A stretch of DNA of 64,000 nt, taken from positions 1 to 64,000 of the forward strand of contig NW_021833419.1 in NCBI RefSeq assembly GCF_006345805.1. The letters are read 5' to 3'. Of this stretch, positions 13,032 to 24,812 are shown one piece after another (within the stretch, counting starts at the first letter, position 1; every line of letters starts with the position of its first letter). Under the pieces are notes generated by a model. That model saw only the letters and a list, made by a program, of their open reading frames with translations. It searched no databases and was not told the origin of the DNA. The position numbers and the translations under genes are program-made. This stretch comes from Octopus sinensis (Eukaryota).

Positions 13032-13473
13032 GTTCGTGCGCTTGCTTTCTTTGTAGTCTTGTAGAAGAAACAATTCATAATAAAAAGCTGAAATACCATT
13101 TGTAACAACAAAGCTTTCTTCTAAACACTCAAAGAAACATTTTCAGCTTGTCTGCCTAACTTCTACTTTGTTGGGTTTGGTGGTTTTTCCTTCCTTCTTT
13201 TAGTCAACCACAACATCTCGATTGGTTTCATATCCGGTCGTCATCGGGTGCTTTTTTTATAATAAAGCACCTATCCGCATCTAGGGATTGAACTCACAAG
13301 GATTTTTCGACTACGACGTTTCAAGTCCTTTCTTCAGCAGACTACGACAAAATACCTGTACACTTAAGGCAAGTTTAAGAGGACAACCGATGACAAGCAC
13401 AAACTAAACTGCTCACAACATGAATTTTATTTTCGCTGAAAGAAAATATTAAAATCTGTCGTAAACTATCTGA

Positions 13474-13765
13474 GAATCTTTACCTTTTGACCGGCAGATT
13501 TACAAAATATTTTTTTGTAATTAAACACTTTCAAACTTCGTATACTGGTAGAATGTGTCATATAAAACAACTTTTACTCTTAGCATTTTTGAGAAAAGTT
13601 TATATATTAAGAAGAGTAAACGTTTATATTTACAAAGAATAATATAAACTTTACGCTATGAGTAAAAGATGTTTTATATGACACATTCTACCAGTATACG
13701 AAGTTTGAAAGTGTTTAGTTACAAAAAATTATTTTCTAAGTCTGCCGGTCAAAATCTAAAGATCC
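13474..13765. mobile_element. Foldback MITE (GGATC family variant), 8-bp TSD CTATCTGA
   Basis: Nearly fully palindromic. Exact TSD at 13466-13473 and 13766-13773. Confidence 0.88.
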
Positions 13766-14495
13766 CTATCTGATAATATCTTTTGTATCAATTGTTGGCG
13801 ACTTAATAATGCTTTCCACAAATAAAAGTAATATTTTATCGAGTGATGATATGAGATAACAGGTTAAAACATTGCGCACACTTGTATGTGTATTGCAACA
13901 GGGTTTCATAAAACCACGTTGGTGAAGTATGAAGATTCTACTTCAGGAGTGGACTGCGTTAGAAGTTTAATAAAGAACAGTTTCATTATACGGAGATAGG
14001 AAACGTATAGTACAGCCAAGTATTGTATAGGAAGGATAAATCAAGTAAGATTGTATGATAATCAGAAGATATCATGCGTAAATCTGGTAAGAAAAAATCT
14101 GGCAATAATTTTGTATTTTCTGTTAACACTAAAAGTTGAAATGAATTAGTTTATGAGGTGTACTTTAAACAATATCATCCAAAACTATAGAAAATATCCA
14201 CCTCTATATAGCGACATTAAAGTTGAAATCCAAAATATAGTAACAAAATTAAAACCATACCAAAATATAGAATTTTAAGCCAGGCGTGAAGCATATATTA
14301 CGTAAAACAATCACAAAGGGAGCTCTAGTTTTAATCCAGAATTTAGATTAATTAACCCAGTTTATAGCAAAATTGAATTAATCAATAAATAGGTTTTAAA
14401 TAAACCTATTCAACCAGTTTCAAACAATGGGGTCATTTCAATGTTGTATTTGTTGGATCAACGACATTACTAATGACAGTTAAGGTTGAGTTTTC

Positions 14496-14924
14496 GGATC
14501 TTTTCGGTTTGAACGGCAGTTTTTTCTAGCGGTGTCATATGAAATTGTCACCCATAATTATGACCCTAGTATCGATCTATTGCATTTCAATCTGTTTTTG
14601 GGTTAGGGTTAGTTAGGGTTAGGGGTGGGGGAAGGGTATCTTTTTTTTCTTCACAAATGTAAATAAACCCAATCTGTTTCTCAAACGAGGGACATATTCA
14701 TACGGCACAGAATGTTTTTTTTACCTCAATAGACGTAATTGATTGGTTGAAATTGCAGAAATTGAAGAAAAAAAACAACAAATATCTTAGAAACTATAGA
14801 ATGTTCTCAATAAAGCCAAGAGAAAAAGATGTTTTATAAACACATTCTACCAGTATACGAAGTTTAAAATTTTTTAGTTACCTAGAAATTATGTTAAAAA
14901 CTGCCGTTCAAACCGAAAAGATCC
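14496..14924. mobile_element. MITE (GGATC family), no TSD
   Basis: Perfect TIRs GGATCTTTTCGGTTTGAACGGCAG. Flanks GAGTTTTC / CCTAATGG do not match. Confidence 0.9.
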
Positions 14925-15638
14925 CCTAATGGTTCCAAGATTTGCAGCTTATATATCGCAGAGTTTTTATAATTTATTTTAGGTAAACTCAAAATCTTTA
15001 ATAATTATAAGAGGTCTGAAATATTTTTCAAATGTAGACATTTTAACGATCTTCTTTTAACTAACTTTAGTTGAAGAATGGAAACCAGTCCGTGCTAAAG
15101 ATTTGGCTGGCACTGGTATAGTATATAGAATTTTTACATTCTTCCGTTCATATTTCTGCCTATGTATCCTTCAACAAACAATGGATCTATAAATTTTCGT
15201 CGCTTTCCATATTGCGACGAAAATTAAATTTTATGCATGGTAATACAATACATTGAATAATTTTTTTTTTACCTTTTTAATACAAGAGGTAAATATTTCT
15301 ATAATATATCTGTACATATGAAAATAAGATACAAAATTGTTTTCATATAACAAACGTTACAATATAACAGTTTTACTGTAAAAAATATTAGTGTATGTTT
15401 TCACACGGTGAGATTAACACTCTGAAAAGAAAGAGAGAAAATCATATTTTACTGAAAAGTTTCCGATCAGAAAGAAAGTTTTTATATAAAAGCTGTTTTA
15501 CTGAATAAAGTTTAGTGTATGTTATAACCAAAAAATATAATGCAGGAAAAGGAAATCACATTTTACAATCCGGTTTCACAATCGTTCAACTTAGTAAAGT
15601 TTAAAGTATGTTCTTTAATGCATTTCACGTGGGTTAGA

Positions 15639-16024
15639 TCTCTCTATATATAAAGCTGAAGTTGTCTGTGTCTGGAAGCCTTCAACTAACACTATCTCCT
15701 CCGAGACCCTGCGACGCAAGTTGACCAAAATTGAGAGTATGATAAAAGAAGGCTTGCTCTTTCATTCCGTAGAAGAAAAAATTCAAATCGGACCATGTTA
15801 ACACCAAAAATTATTTACATCAAAAAGGTGCTTTTTTTTCTATGAAAATCCCTATTTCTTTACGATTTTTTGACTGCTTTATCGCCATTTTTGGGTGTAT
15901 TTCAACCAGGAAAATGTTCACTTAAAGAGAATATCAAGCTACATAATGGAAAATTTTTACTTTTCAAAAATTCCAATTCTAAAGGGTCGAAACAAACCCG
16001 AGCAACGCCGGGCGATACTGCTAG
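15639..16024 (+). mobile_element. Non-autonomous Helitron
   Basis: A|TCTCTCTATATATAAAG start, subterminal hairpin CCCGAGCAACGCCGGG and CTAG|T end. Confidence 0.8.
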
Positions 16025-16609
16025 TATTAATATAACCATGTCGCTTATGTAACTTCCAAGACAAAGAACGCAACCGTCTGTGTGTCTCATGCCACTTGTA
16101 TTCTTTTGATAAGGGCATATACGGTTAATATTTTCTGAAAGTAATATTTCTACTTACACAGAACAAAATAGGACATTTCTGTTTTTATATAAAGAAAAAA
16201 GGACTTTTTTTCCAGAGAAAATGTCTCCTCAGTGTTTTTTATTTATGTTATTGATGTTGTTATTGGTGTTTGTATGATCGATGCCCTTATTGCTCAGTCC
16301 AAATCCATTGAAATGAGGCAGTAAACCTGTCTTAAGTTTCTAATTCTAGTAACTTCAATCCATATATGTATTCAAAGTGTGCATATATATATACCATCAT
16401 CATCATTATCATAGTTTAACGTCCTCCCTCCATGCTGGCATGGGTTGGACGGTTTGACAGGAACTGGCCAGGCAGGAGCCTGCGCCATGCTTCTCTGTCT
16501 GTTTTGGCATGGTTTATACACACACACACACACATGCACATATATATGTATGTGTGTATGTATATATGCATAAATGTGTGCGTGTATGTATGTATATATG
16601 TGTGTAAAA

Positions 16610-16783
16610 TGCGGGACACCAAGTCCATCGCAGCGTTACTCATTTTTGCCAGCTGAGTGGACTGGAGCAACGTGAAATGAAGTGTTTTGCTCAAGAACAT
16701 AACGCGTCACCTGGTCCAGGAATCGAAACCACAATCTTACGATCATGGTGCTGACACCCTAACCTCTAAGCTACGCGCCTCCA
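16610..16783 (-). mobile_element. tRNA-derived SINE head with CORE-like segment (family C)
   Basis: Minus strand: TAGCTTAGAGG A box, GTTTCGATTCC B box, then TTCTTGAGCAAAACACTT. Confidence 0.65.
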
Positions 16784-16824
16784 CTATACATACATACATA
16801 CATACATACATACTACTACATACA

Positions 16825-16875
<51 letters not shown>

Positions 16876-16877
<2 letters not shown>

Positions 16878-17125
16878 CAATATATAAACTCACAAGACTG
16901 CAGATGTCTGCATTGTCATGTGATCCCATCGTTATATCAAACAAGTCATCTGTATCTGATTTTTTAACCCATCTTGAGCCCTTACTAAATAGAAAAGTTT
17001 CTCTCGCATTCATGATAAAGTCCAGGACTATTTGCTGTATATCAACATACGTTTTCGCAAACTCAATCGCCTTATCAAGCAACAATCTCGATATCAAGGG
17101 ATAAAAATCTACAAAGTCAATTTAC
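16876..17125 (-). pseudogene. Penelope-like (Naiad/Chlamys-type) reverse transcriptase fragment
   Basis: Translation [22 protein letters not shown]...WVKK...FDITMGSHDNADICSLVSLYI resembles the FYPSI / WVKK / FDVTMGSYDGAEVCELVGLY motifs of that PLE group. Flanked by (TA)-rich tracts. Confidence 0.75.
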
Positions 17126-17146
17126 GTAAATCCAGCTCTGTTCTTA

Positions 17147-17194
<48 letters not shown>

Positions 17195-17373
17195 TATATA
17201 CATACATTATTACATATACATATATACATACATATATACACATATACATATATACACTAACATATACACATACATATATACGTATACACATATACATATA
17301 TATATACATATATATACATATATATACATATATATATACATATATATACATATATATATACATACATATATAT

Positions 17374-17414
<41 letters not shown>

Positions 17415-17442
17415 TATATATATATAGATAGATAGATAGATA

Positions 17443-17830
17443 TGGTTCTTTATTAGCCACACAGGGCTGCACACAGATAGAACAAATTACAAGGTAGAGC
17501 TTTTCTTTTGAAGGTTTAAAAAGAAAAAAAGAAAAAAAAAAGGAAGGGAGAGTTTCGATCAAAAGGGATCGTAAAAGGAGAGAAAGAGGACAAAAAAAAG
17601 GGGAGTTAAAAAAAAGGGGGAGAGGAAAAAAAAAAAATTGATCAATAGGGATCGTTATCACAGACATGTCAATATGAAGTGTAAAGGGGAGGACAGGTGA
17701 GGTTTACCCGTGGAAAGAAAAGCCTACGGAAAAGACCACGGTAACCTCGGTCAATGGAGTCACATGTTATATTTCGTTTTTTTTTTTTTTTTTTGCAAAT
17801 AAGCAACTCTCTGTTTTCAATTTCTGGGTT
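17443..17830 (-). mobile_element. 3' UTR remnant of a Tx1-like LINE
   Basis: Terminus CAGCCCTGTGTGGCTAATAAAGAA resembles the 3' end of the element at 43717 (CAGCCCTTGTGGCCAATAAAAAAGAA). T/C-rich UTR composition. Confidence 0.5.
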
Positions 17831-18035
17831 CATAGATAGATAGATAGATAGATAGATACGTGCATACATACATGCACACCATCACACATGTATACATGTA
17901 CACTCATACGTACACGGTTGCTCCAGCATACACGTATTGTCAATGATAGACACAAATGCATCAACATAAGCATAGATATACGTACGTGTGCGGTTGTGCA
18001 TACATATGAGAACAAGACGACCAAAGAGAAAGAAG

Positions 18036-18066
<31 letters not shown>

Positions 18067-18700
18067 TAAGAACGTGAAGGGAAGAGAGAGAGAGAGAAAG
18101 ATGGGGAGAAAGAGAGAGAAATAAAAAGTGAGAAATGCCAAAACACAGACGGACAGAGATGGAAGACTTCGTGTTGAAAGAATACACAGAAATGGATTGA
18201 GTGGAACGTTACAAGATAATAGGCTTTCTGCAGCGCCCCCTGGAGGCTGGCAACATAAATTACTTGCAAGTGTTGGTGTAAATAGATCACTGTTAATCTG
18301 TACTGACAGGTTATGTGTGTGTGGTATTTGTTTGGATGTATGTGTGTGCATGCAAATGTGGAGTGTGTGTGTGTGTTTATATATATTTATGTATATACAT
18401 ATCCATGCATACACACAGAAATATATATATAAATATATATATACTTATATGTATATATATAATTATATAATTACATACATATGCATATCCGTCAATCTAT
18501 TTGTATATCTATTTACTTGTCCCTATCTCTTCCTCCCCGCTCTCTGTCTGTCTATCTATCTATCTATATATATATATACACACACAAACATATATCCATT
18601 TGTATATATATAATTATTATATATACACACACATACATACATACATATATATATATTATATATATATATATATATACATGCATACATACATACATATACA

Positions 18701-18734
<34 letters not shown>

Positions 18735-18735
<1 letters not shown>

Positions 18736-18927
18736 TCTTTATTCTTTTATTTGTTTCAGTCATTTGACTGCGGCCATGCTGGAGCACCGCCTTTAGTCGA
18801 GCAAATCGACCCCGGGACATATTCTTTGTAAGCCCAGTACTTACTCTATCGGTCTCTTTTGCCGAATTCTAAGTGACGGGGACGTAAACACACCAGCATC
18901 GGTTGTCAAGCAATGCTAGGGGGACAA

Positions 18928-18958
<31 letters not shown>

Positions 18959-19128
18959 CACATATACGACAGGCTTCTTTCGTTTCCGCCACCAAATCCA
19001 CCTCACAAGGCATTGGTCGGCTCGGGGCTATAGCAGAAGACACTTGCCCAAGATGCCACGCAGTGGGACTGAACCCGGAACCATGTGGTTTGTTAGCAAG
19101 CTACTTACCACACAGCCACTCCTGCGCC
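18735..19128 (-). mobile_element. CORE-type SINE (family A)
   Basis: Full-length match to the other family A copies. Confidence 0.85.
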
Positions 19129-19135
19129 TATATAT

Positions 19136-19207
<72 letters not shown>

Positions 19208-19239
19208 CATGCTTGTATGTATATATATGTATGTATGTT

Positions 19240-19365
19240 GTTAAACTTCCATTAACAGCACCGTATGCAGGTCCTTTCCGTTTTCTTTCATGCATGGATA
19301 AATTTTTCACTATAGACCTTAATGTTTGTAAAGACACTATATCAGTGGATAGACTAAAAACGGTC
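19240..19365 (+). pseudogene. Ty3/Gypsy integrase C-terminal (GPY/F) fragment
   Basis: PLTAPYAGPFRFLSCMDKFFTIDLNVCKDTISVDRLK matches the GPY/F module pattern P.Y.GPF...K.F.I....DTVS.DRLK. Confidence 0.75.
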
Positions 19366-19649
19366 CTGTTCCCGCTGTCCCTGTTCCCACTGCAGACGAC
19401 ACACACATAGCATTACAAACACACCCCTCACACCCACCTTCACATTCCATGACTACCTTTGGGATCCATCAGGTACTGGACAAGGATTCTGGATTATTTT
19501 CAGCTTTTTTGTTTACTTAATTTTTGAGAGCAGTCGGGTTCATTTTAGTCTATTTCAGATATTCTCATTTTAAAAATCATCTCTGGCTAATCATTGAGAG
19601 GACGTTGGTGTTGCCTTGGCGGCGGTTTGCGCTCCCTGAGTGCTCTTGA

Positions 19650-19680
<31 letters not shown>

Positions 19681-19692
19681 GATAATAATATT

Positions 19693-20145
19693 ATTGAGTG
19701 AGAGAGCAGTGAATGCCATCAAAGAGACACAGGGGTAAAATATACGAACCCCAGTATACCCATCATGACTACTTGTCTAATAAGGGTACACTAGGCACAT
19801 GCATCACAACCATATGTGCGCAATATGGTGATCTCATATCAAGATAAACAGCACATGACCTTGAAGGTGGGGCCCAGTTAGAATTTTCTTCTGGTCGAGT
19901 AACTCATCCCGCTCAAAAGGTCCCTGAATAACGGTTGTTTAAGGATGTTGAACAAAACACCCATGTTTCCAGAGGTGAATTATTCAAACCCCCAAGAATC
20001 CCTCTCAACACATGACTATGATGCTCCCTCCACTATTTCTACCCATGAACATATTGTCAGCCACTAAGGGACATGGTCAACTGATTAAGGTAAAACAACT
20101 GACAAGCAAATCTGTGGTATCGAGCAGAATATTTGCTGTAGCCCA
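19693..20145 (-). mobile_element. Unclassified interspersed repeat ending in (TAA)n
   Basis: High similarity to 49472-50042 in the opposite orientation. Embedded in (ATT)n on both sides. Confidence 0.75.
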
Positions 20146-21205
20146 TTATTATTATTATTATTATTTTCCAACTGTTTACGTTCTGAGTTCATATTCCGTC
20201 GAGGTCGACTTTGCTTTTCAGCCTTCTGGGGTCGAAAAAATAAGAACCAATTGAGCTGAGGGGTCAATGTGATTGTCTAGCTCCTTCTCTCCAAATTTCA
20301 ATCCCTGTACCTATTGAACAGATAGGGTTATCATTGCTATCGGATTTTGCCTTGACAAGACACTTTTCTCAAGGCTGTCGTTCTGCATTACGGTTTGAAA
20401 TTTTATCTTTCAAAACTGAGTGATTTTTTTCTAAACCAATTCGATGGAATTAATTCAGAGAGAGGTGAGAAGTTTCTTCTCAGTTTTTTTTTTCATACTG
20501 TATTTAGACGAGAAAAAAAAAGACATTTTGAAGATTTATTCTTTACTAGCTGACATTCATGATAAAATGTCGGCCAGACACGCCCCCCACCCATGAACAA
20601 CAAACATTTGCAAAGAAAAGAGAGAAAAATACGAACAAAAACATGAACAATAATTGTCTAAAAGAAAGTATTAAGATTCAGGAAGAAAAAAAATTAATGA
20701 TGTATCTGATGTTTCTAACACAAATGAGAGCGATTTTGACAATTCACTCAACAACAACAACGACAACACGTAGCTTTCTTCACACACCTTTACAAATATC
20801 ACGTAAAATAAAGAAATTTTTAGACATAAACAAAGCTCAGTCAGAAAAACAACTTACGGTCGAGGTGCGTCACAAACAAATCTGTCTCGTTGTTAGAAGA
20901 ATCCAACATCTGACAAAGACAAAGTCGACATATCTCTGATGCTCTAAATCAGAAGGCAGCAGTTTAGTTTGTCTTCTGAAGACGATCTGAAGAAGGCCTC
21001 GAGCGACCGACCTATGGTAAAAACTGGAAACATGTCTCGATGCAGGTTTCCAATTACATAACCGGCACTCCGTCGGTTACGACGACGAGGGTCCCAGCTG
21101 ATACGATCAACGGAACAGCCTATTCGTGAAATTAACGCGCAAGTGACTGAGTACTCCGCAGACACGTGTACCCTTAACGTTGTTCACGGGGAGATTCAGC
21201 GTGAC

Positions 21206-21385
21206 GCTGGCAGAAACGTTAGCACGCCGGGCAAAATGCGTAGCCGTATTTCGTCTGCCGTTACGCTCTGAGTTCAAATTCCGCCGAGGTCGACTTTGCC
21301 TTTCATCCTTTCGGGGTCGATAAATTAAGTACCAGTTGCGCACTGGGGTCGATATAATCGACTTAATCCGTTTGTCTGTCCTTGT
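21206..21385 (+). mobile_element. Meta-type SINE (family B) lacking its 3' tail
   Basis: GCTGGCAGAAACGTTAGC...GAGTTCAAATTCC...GTCGACTTTGCCTTTCATCC...GTCCTTGTT. The sequence then changes abruptly. Confidence 0.85.
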
Positions 21386-21568
21386 TATGGATAATTTTTC
21401 TGTTGGAATTGTTGAATGTTTATTGTTGAATATTTTCGAACTGTTGAACATTGTCGAACTTTTAAACTTTGAAAACTTTTGTGCTTTTTCCCGTTGACGG
21501 GAGAAAGTAATTGTTTGTGTAAAACCATATTGGCAGTTGTGAATTGTTGAAATATTGAACTTGTTAAA

Positions 21569-21975
21569 GCCGTTGTAGGCTTTGTGGTTGTGCCCGCCCC
21601 TCCGGGGGTGGGATTTGAACTGTTATCCTCATTAAGAGGAAAAAAATATTATAGGTTTCCCGTTTTTTGGGATAATCAATTTATTATTGCGTGAAAAATT
21701 TAAATGCTAGCCGTTGTAGGCTCTGTTGTGGCACTCGTCCCTAGCAGGGGTGAGATTTGAACTGTTGTCCTCGCTGTGAGGAAAAAAAATATTATAGGTT
21801 TCCCGTTTTGGGGATACTGCATTTTTATTACTGTGTGAAAAATTTAATTTCGAACGTTGTAGGCTTTGTTGCTACGTCTCGCCACAGAGCGGGGGTGGGA
21901 TTTGAACTGTTGTCCTCGTTGAGAGGAATAAAAAAGTCAAAAATTATAGGTTTCCCATTTCTGGAATTAAATTGT
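21569..21975 (+). repeat. Three diverged ~141-bp tandem monomers
   Basis: CGTTGTAGGCT...GGGATTTGAACTGTT...ATTATAGGTTTCCC recurs at about 21570, 21711 and 21853. Confidence 0.85.
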
Positions 21976-22212
21976 GTATAAATTTATTTCGAACGAATAT
22001 GTCGGTCGAAATAATTCAAGAAACTAACCAGCTGCATATTCCAGCAAAAAAGTTCGCGGCTGTAGCCGCTGTTTCGTGTAAAAATGTAGTAATAGAAACG
22101 GAGAAGCTCTGCGAGCTTTTTGAGAGAATGAAAGAGGAGGGTGGGGATATAAAGATCTCACCCTCCCCTTCTGTTGAAAATATGAAGAGAAGGACAGTGG
22201 TTTACAAAACGT

Positions 22213-22624
22213 GGATCTTTTCGGTTTGAACGGCAGTTTTTTCTAGCGGTGTCATATGAAATTGTCACCCATAATTATGACCCTAGTATCGATCTATTGC
22301 ATTTCAATCTGTTTTTGGGTTAGGGGTGGGGGAAAGGGTATCTTTTTTTCTTCACAAATGTAAATAAACCCAATCTGTTTCTTAAAAGAGGGACATATTC
22401 ATACGGCACAGAATGTTTTTTTTACCTCAATAGACGTAATTGATTGGTTGAAATTGCAGAAATTAAAGAAAAAAACAACAAATATGTTACAAAATACAGA
22501 ATTTTCTCAAGAAAGCCAAGAGAAAAAGATGTTTTATAAACACATTCTACCAGTATACAAAGTTTAAAATGTTTTAGTTACCTGGAAATTATGTTAAAAA
22601 CCGCCGTTGAAACCGAAAAGATCC
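22213..22624. mobile_element. MITE (GGATC family), TSD (C/A)AAAACGT
   Basis: TIRs as in the other copies. Inserted into the Tx1-like ORF1. Confidence 0.92.
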
Positions 22625-22952
22625 AAAAACGTACTGTCCTTCATCGAAAGAATTTAAGTACTTCGAAAAGTGCGAAATAGAAAAATTCCTGGCCCCTATA
22701 TGGAAAGATATAAAATATATAGCGAGGGGCCGGGCATATGGAACAATAGAGATTTGAGATGGCCGAAAAAGCCCAAGAGCACCCAGTGAGTTCCCTGAAA
22801 ACTATCAAATGGAAAGAGCCAAAGTGTTTCAAACCACTGTACTCGCTTAATACCCCAAGTGCATGTGGGATGGGGCGAGGGGTGTGGGGTAGTAGTGTTA
22901 TTATTTTAAGTCATATTTCCACGCAGGTGGTGGGAGGGGGAAGGCTTGGAGC

Positions 22953-23375
22953 GGATCTTTTCGGTTTGAACGGCAGTATTTAACATAATTTCTAGGTAAC
23001 TAAAAAATGTTAAACTTCGTATACTGGTAGAATGTGTTTATAAAACATCTTTTTCTCTTGGCTTTATTGAGAAAATTCTATGGTTTGTAAGATATTTGGT
23101 CTTTAATTTCTTGCATTTCGGCAATTTCAACCAATCAATGGCCGTCTATTGAGGTGAAAACATTCTGTGCCGTATGAATATGTCCCTCGTTTAAGAAACA
23201 GATTGGGTTTATTTACATTTGTGAAGAAAAAAAAGAGACCCTTCCCCCACCCCTAACCCTAACCTTAACCCTAAAACAGATTGAAATGCAATAGATCGAT
23301 ACTAGGGTCATAATTATGGGTGACAATTTCATATGACACCGCTAGAAAAAACTGCCGTTCAAATCGAAAAGTTCC
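22953..23375. mobile_element. MITE (GGATC family), opposite orientation, TSD TTGGAGC
   Basis: TIRs present. The internal sequence is the reverse complement of 22213-22624. Confidence 0.9.
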
Positions 23376-23653
23376 TTGGAGCCGACTTAAATTGTCAGCA
23401 AAGAGCCAATAACGAAGCGTCTTCACTTATAGCGTGGGCTGCTTCAAATAACAGTCAATTCTCCCTCACAAATCCGACTTTATATGTCGACTTTATATGC
23501 TGGATTATCTCGTTAATTTTCTATGTATAAAAAACAAACAGACGGGATGGGCATGGCTGGGACATCTGTGGTGAATAGTCTGCCGGATAGGAGCTGACTT
23601 AGGGTTGAACAGTATCGACAACAATAGCAAGAAAAATAATTGAATCTACAAGA

Positions 23654-24427
23654 ACAGCAACAGCAACCACCACCACCACTACAACAACAACAACAACCAC
23701 CACCACCACTACAACAACAACCACCACCACTACAACAATAGCAACAACCACCACTACTACAACAACAGCAACAACCACCACCATCACCACTACAACAGCA
23801 ACAACCACCACCATCACCACTACAACAACCACCACCACCACCACCATCACCACTACAACAACAACCACCACCACTACAACAACAGCAACAACCACCACCA
23901 TCACCACTACAACAGCAACCACCACCACTACAACAACAGCAAAAACCACCGCCACCACCACTACAACAACAACAACAACCACCACCACCACTACAACAAT
24001 AGCAACAACCACCACTACTACAACAACAGCAACAACAGCCACCATCACCACTACAACAACAACAACCACCACCATCACCACTACAACAACCACCACCACC
24101 ACTACAACAACAACAACAACCACCACCATCACCACTACAACAACAACCACCACCACTACAACAATAGCAACAACCACCACCATCACCACTACAACAGCAA
24201 CAACCACCACCATCACCACTACAACAACAACCACCACCACTACAACAACAGCAACAACCACCACCATCACCACTACAACAACAACCACCACCACTACAAC
24301 AATAGCAACAACCACCACCATCACCACTACAACAGCAACAACCACCACCATCACCACTACAACAACAACCACCACCACTACAACAATAGCAACAACCACC
24401 ACCATCACCACTACAACAACAACAACT
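23654..24427. repeat. Compound (ACC/ACA/ACT/GCA) trinucleotide minisatellite
   Basis: In-phase trinucleotide array with higher-order units such as GCAACAACCACCACCATCACCACTACAACA. It is the source of the 270-aa poly-Val ORF. Confidence 0.92.
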
Positions 24428-24780
24428 GCCGGTCGTTCCTCGGTAGTGTTATATCAGAGACTGGCTGTTTACAACATGTTCATCAAAGAAACAAAACATG
24501 GATGACAAACTGCTGCTGCCGCCGTTGTTGTTACTGTTCCTGCTGTTGTTGCTGCTGCTGTTGTTGTTGTTTAGCTCCAAGTAGGCCATGGTGGTGCAGA
24601 CATAGGATCAAAGACACTCAAATCATGACTATCCCGTCGCTTTCTTTCTTTGATACACACACACATACATACATATATATATATATATGTATACATATGT
24701 GTATATATATAATATATATATATATATACATATGTGTATATATTATATATATATATATTATATATATATATATATTATAT

Positions 24781-24812
<32 letters not shown>

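Larger units (their letters stand above)
21386..22815 (+). mobile_element. 5' portion (5' UTR plus ORF1 N-terminus) of a second Tx1-like LINE, interrupted by a MITE
   Basis: ATG at 21999. Removing MITE 22213-22624 and one TSD gives RTVVYKTYCPSSKEFKYFEKCEIEKFLAPIWKDIKYIARGRAYGTIEI, which aligns with QTIIYKVF...LEIALKPIWAQKSYVTKGKRFGTVEV in ORF 48668-49363. Confidence 0.75.

Noticed and set aside
23599-24411. 270-aa poly-Val ORF (Thr-rich, mucin-like on the opposite strand)
   Set aside because: It is wholly a trinucleotide compound repeat. I found no ATG, signal peptide or convincing splice sites framing it.
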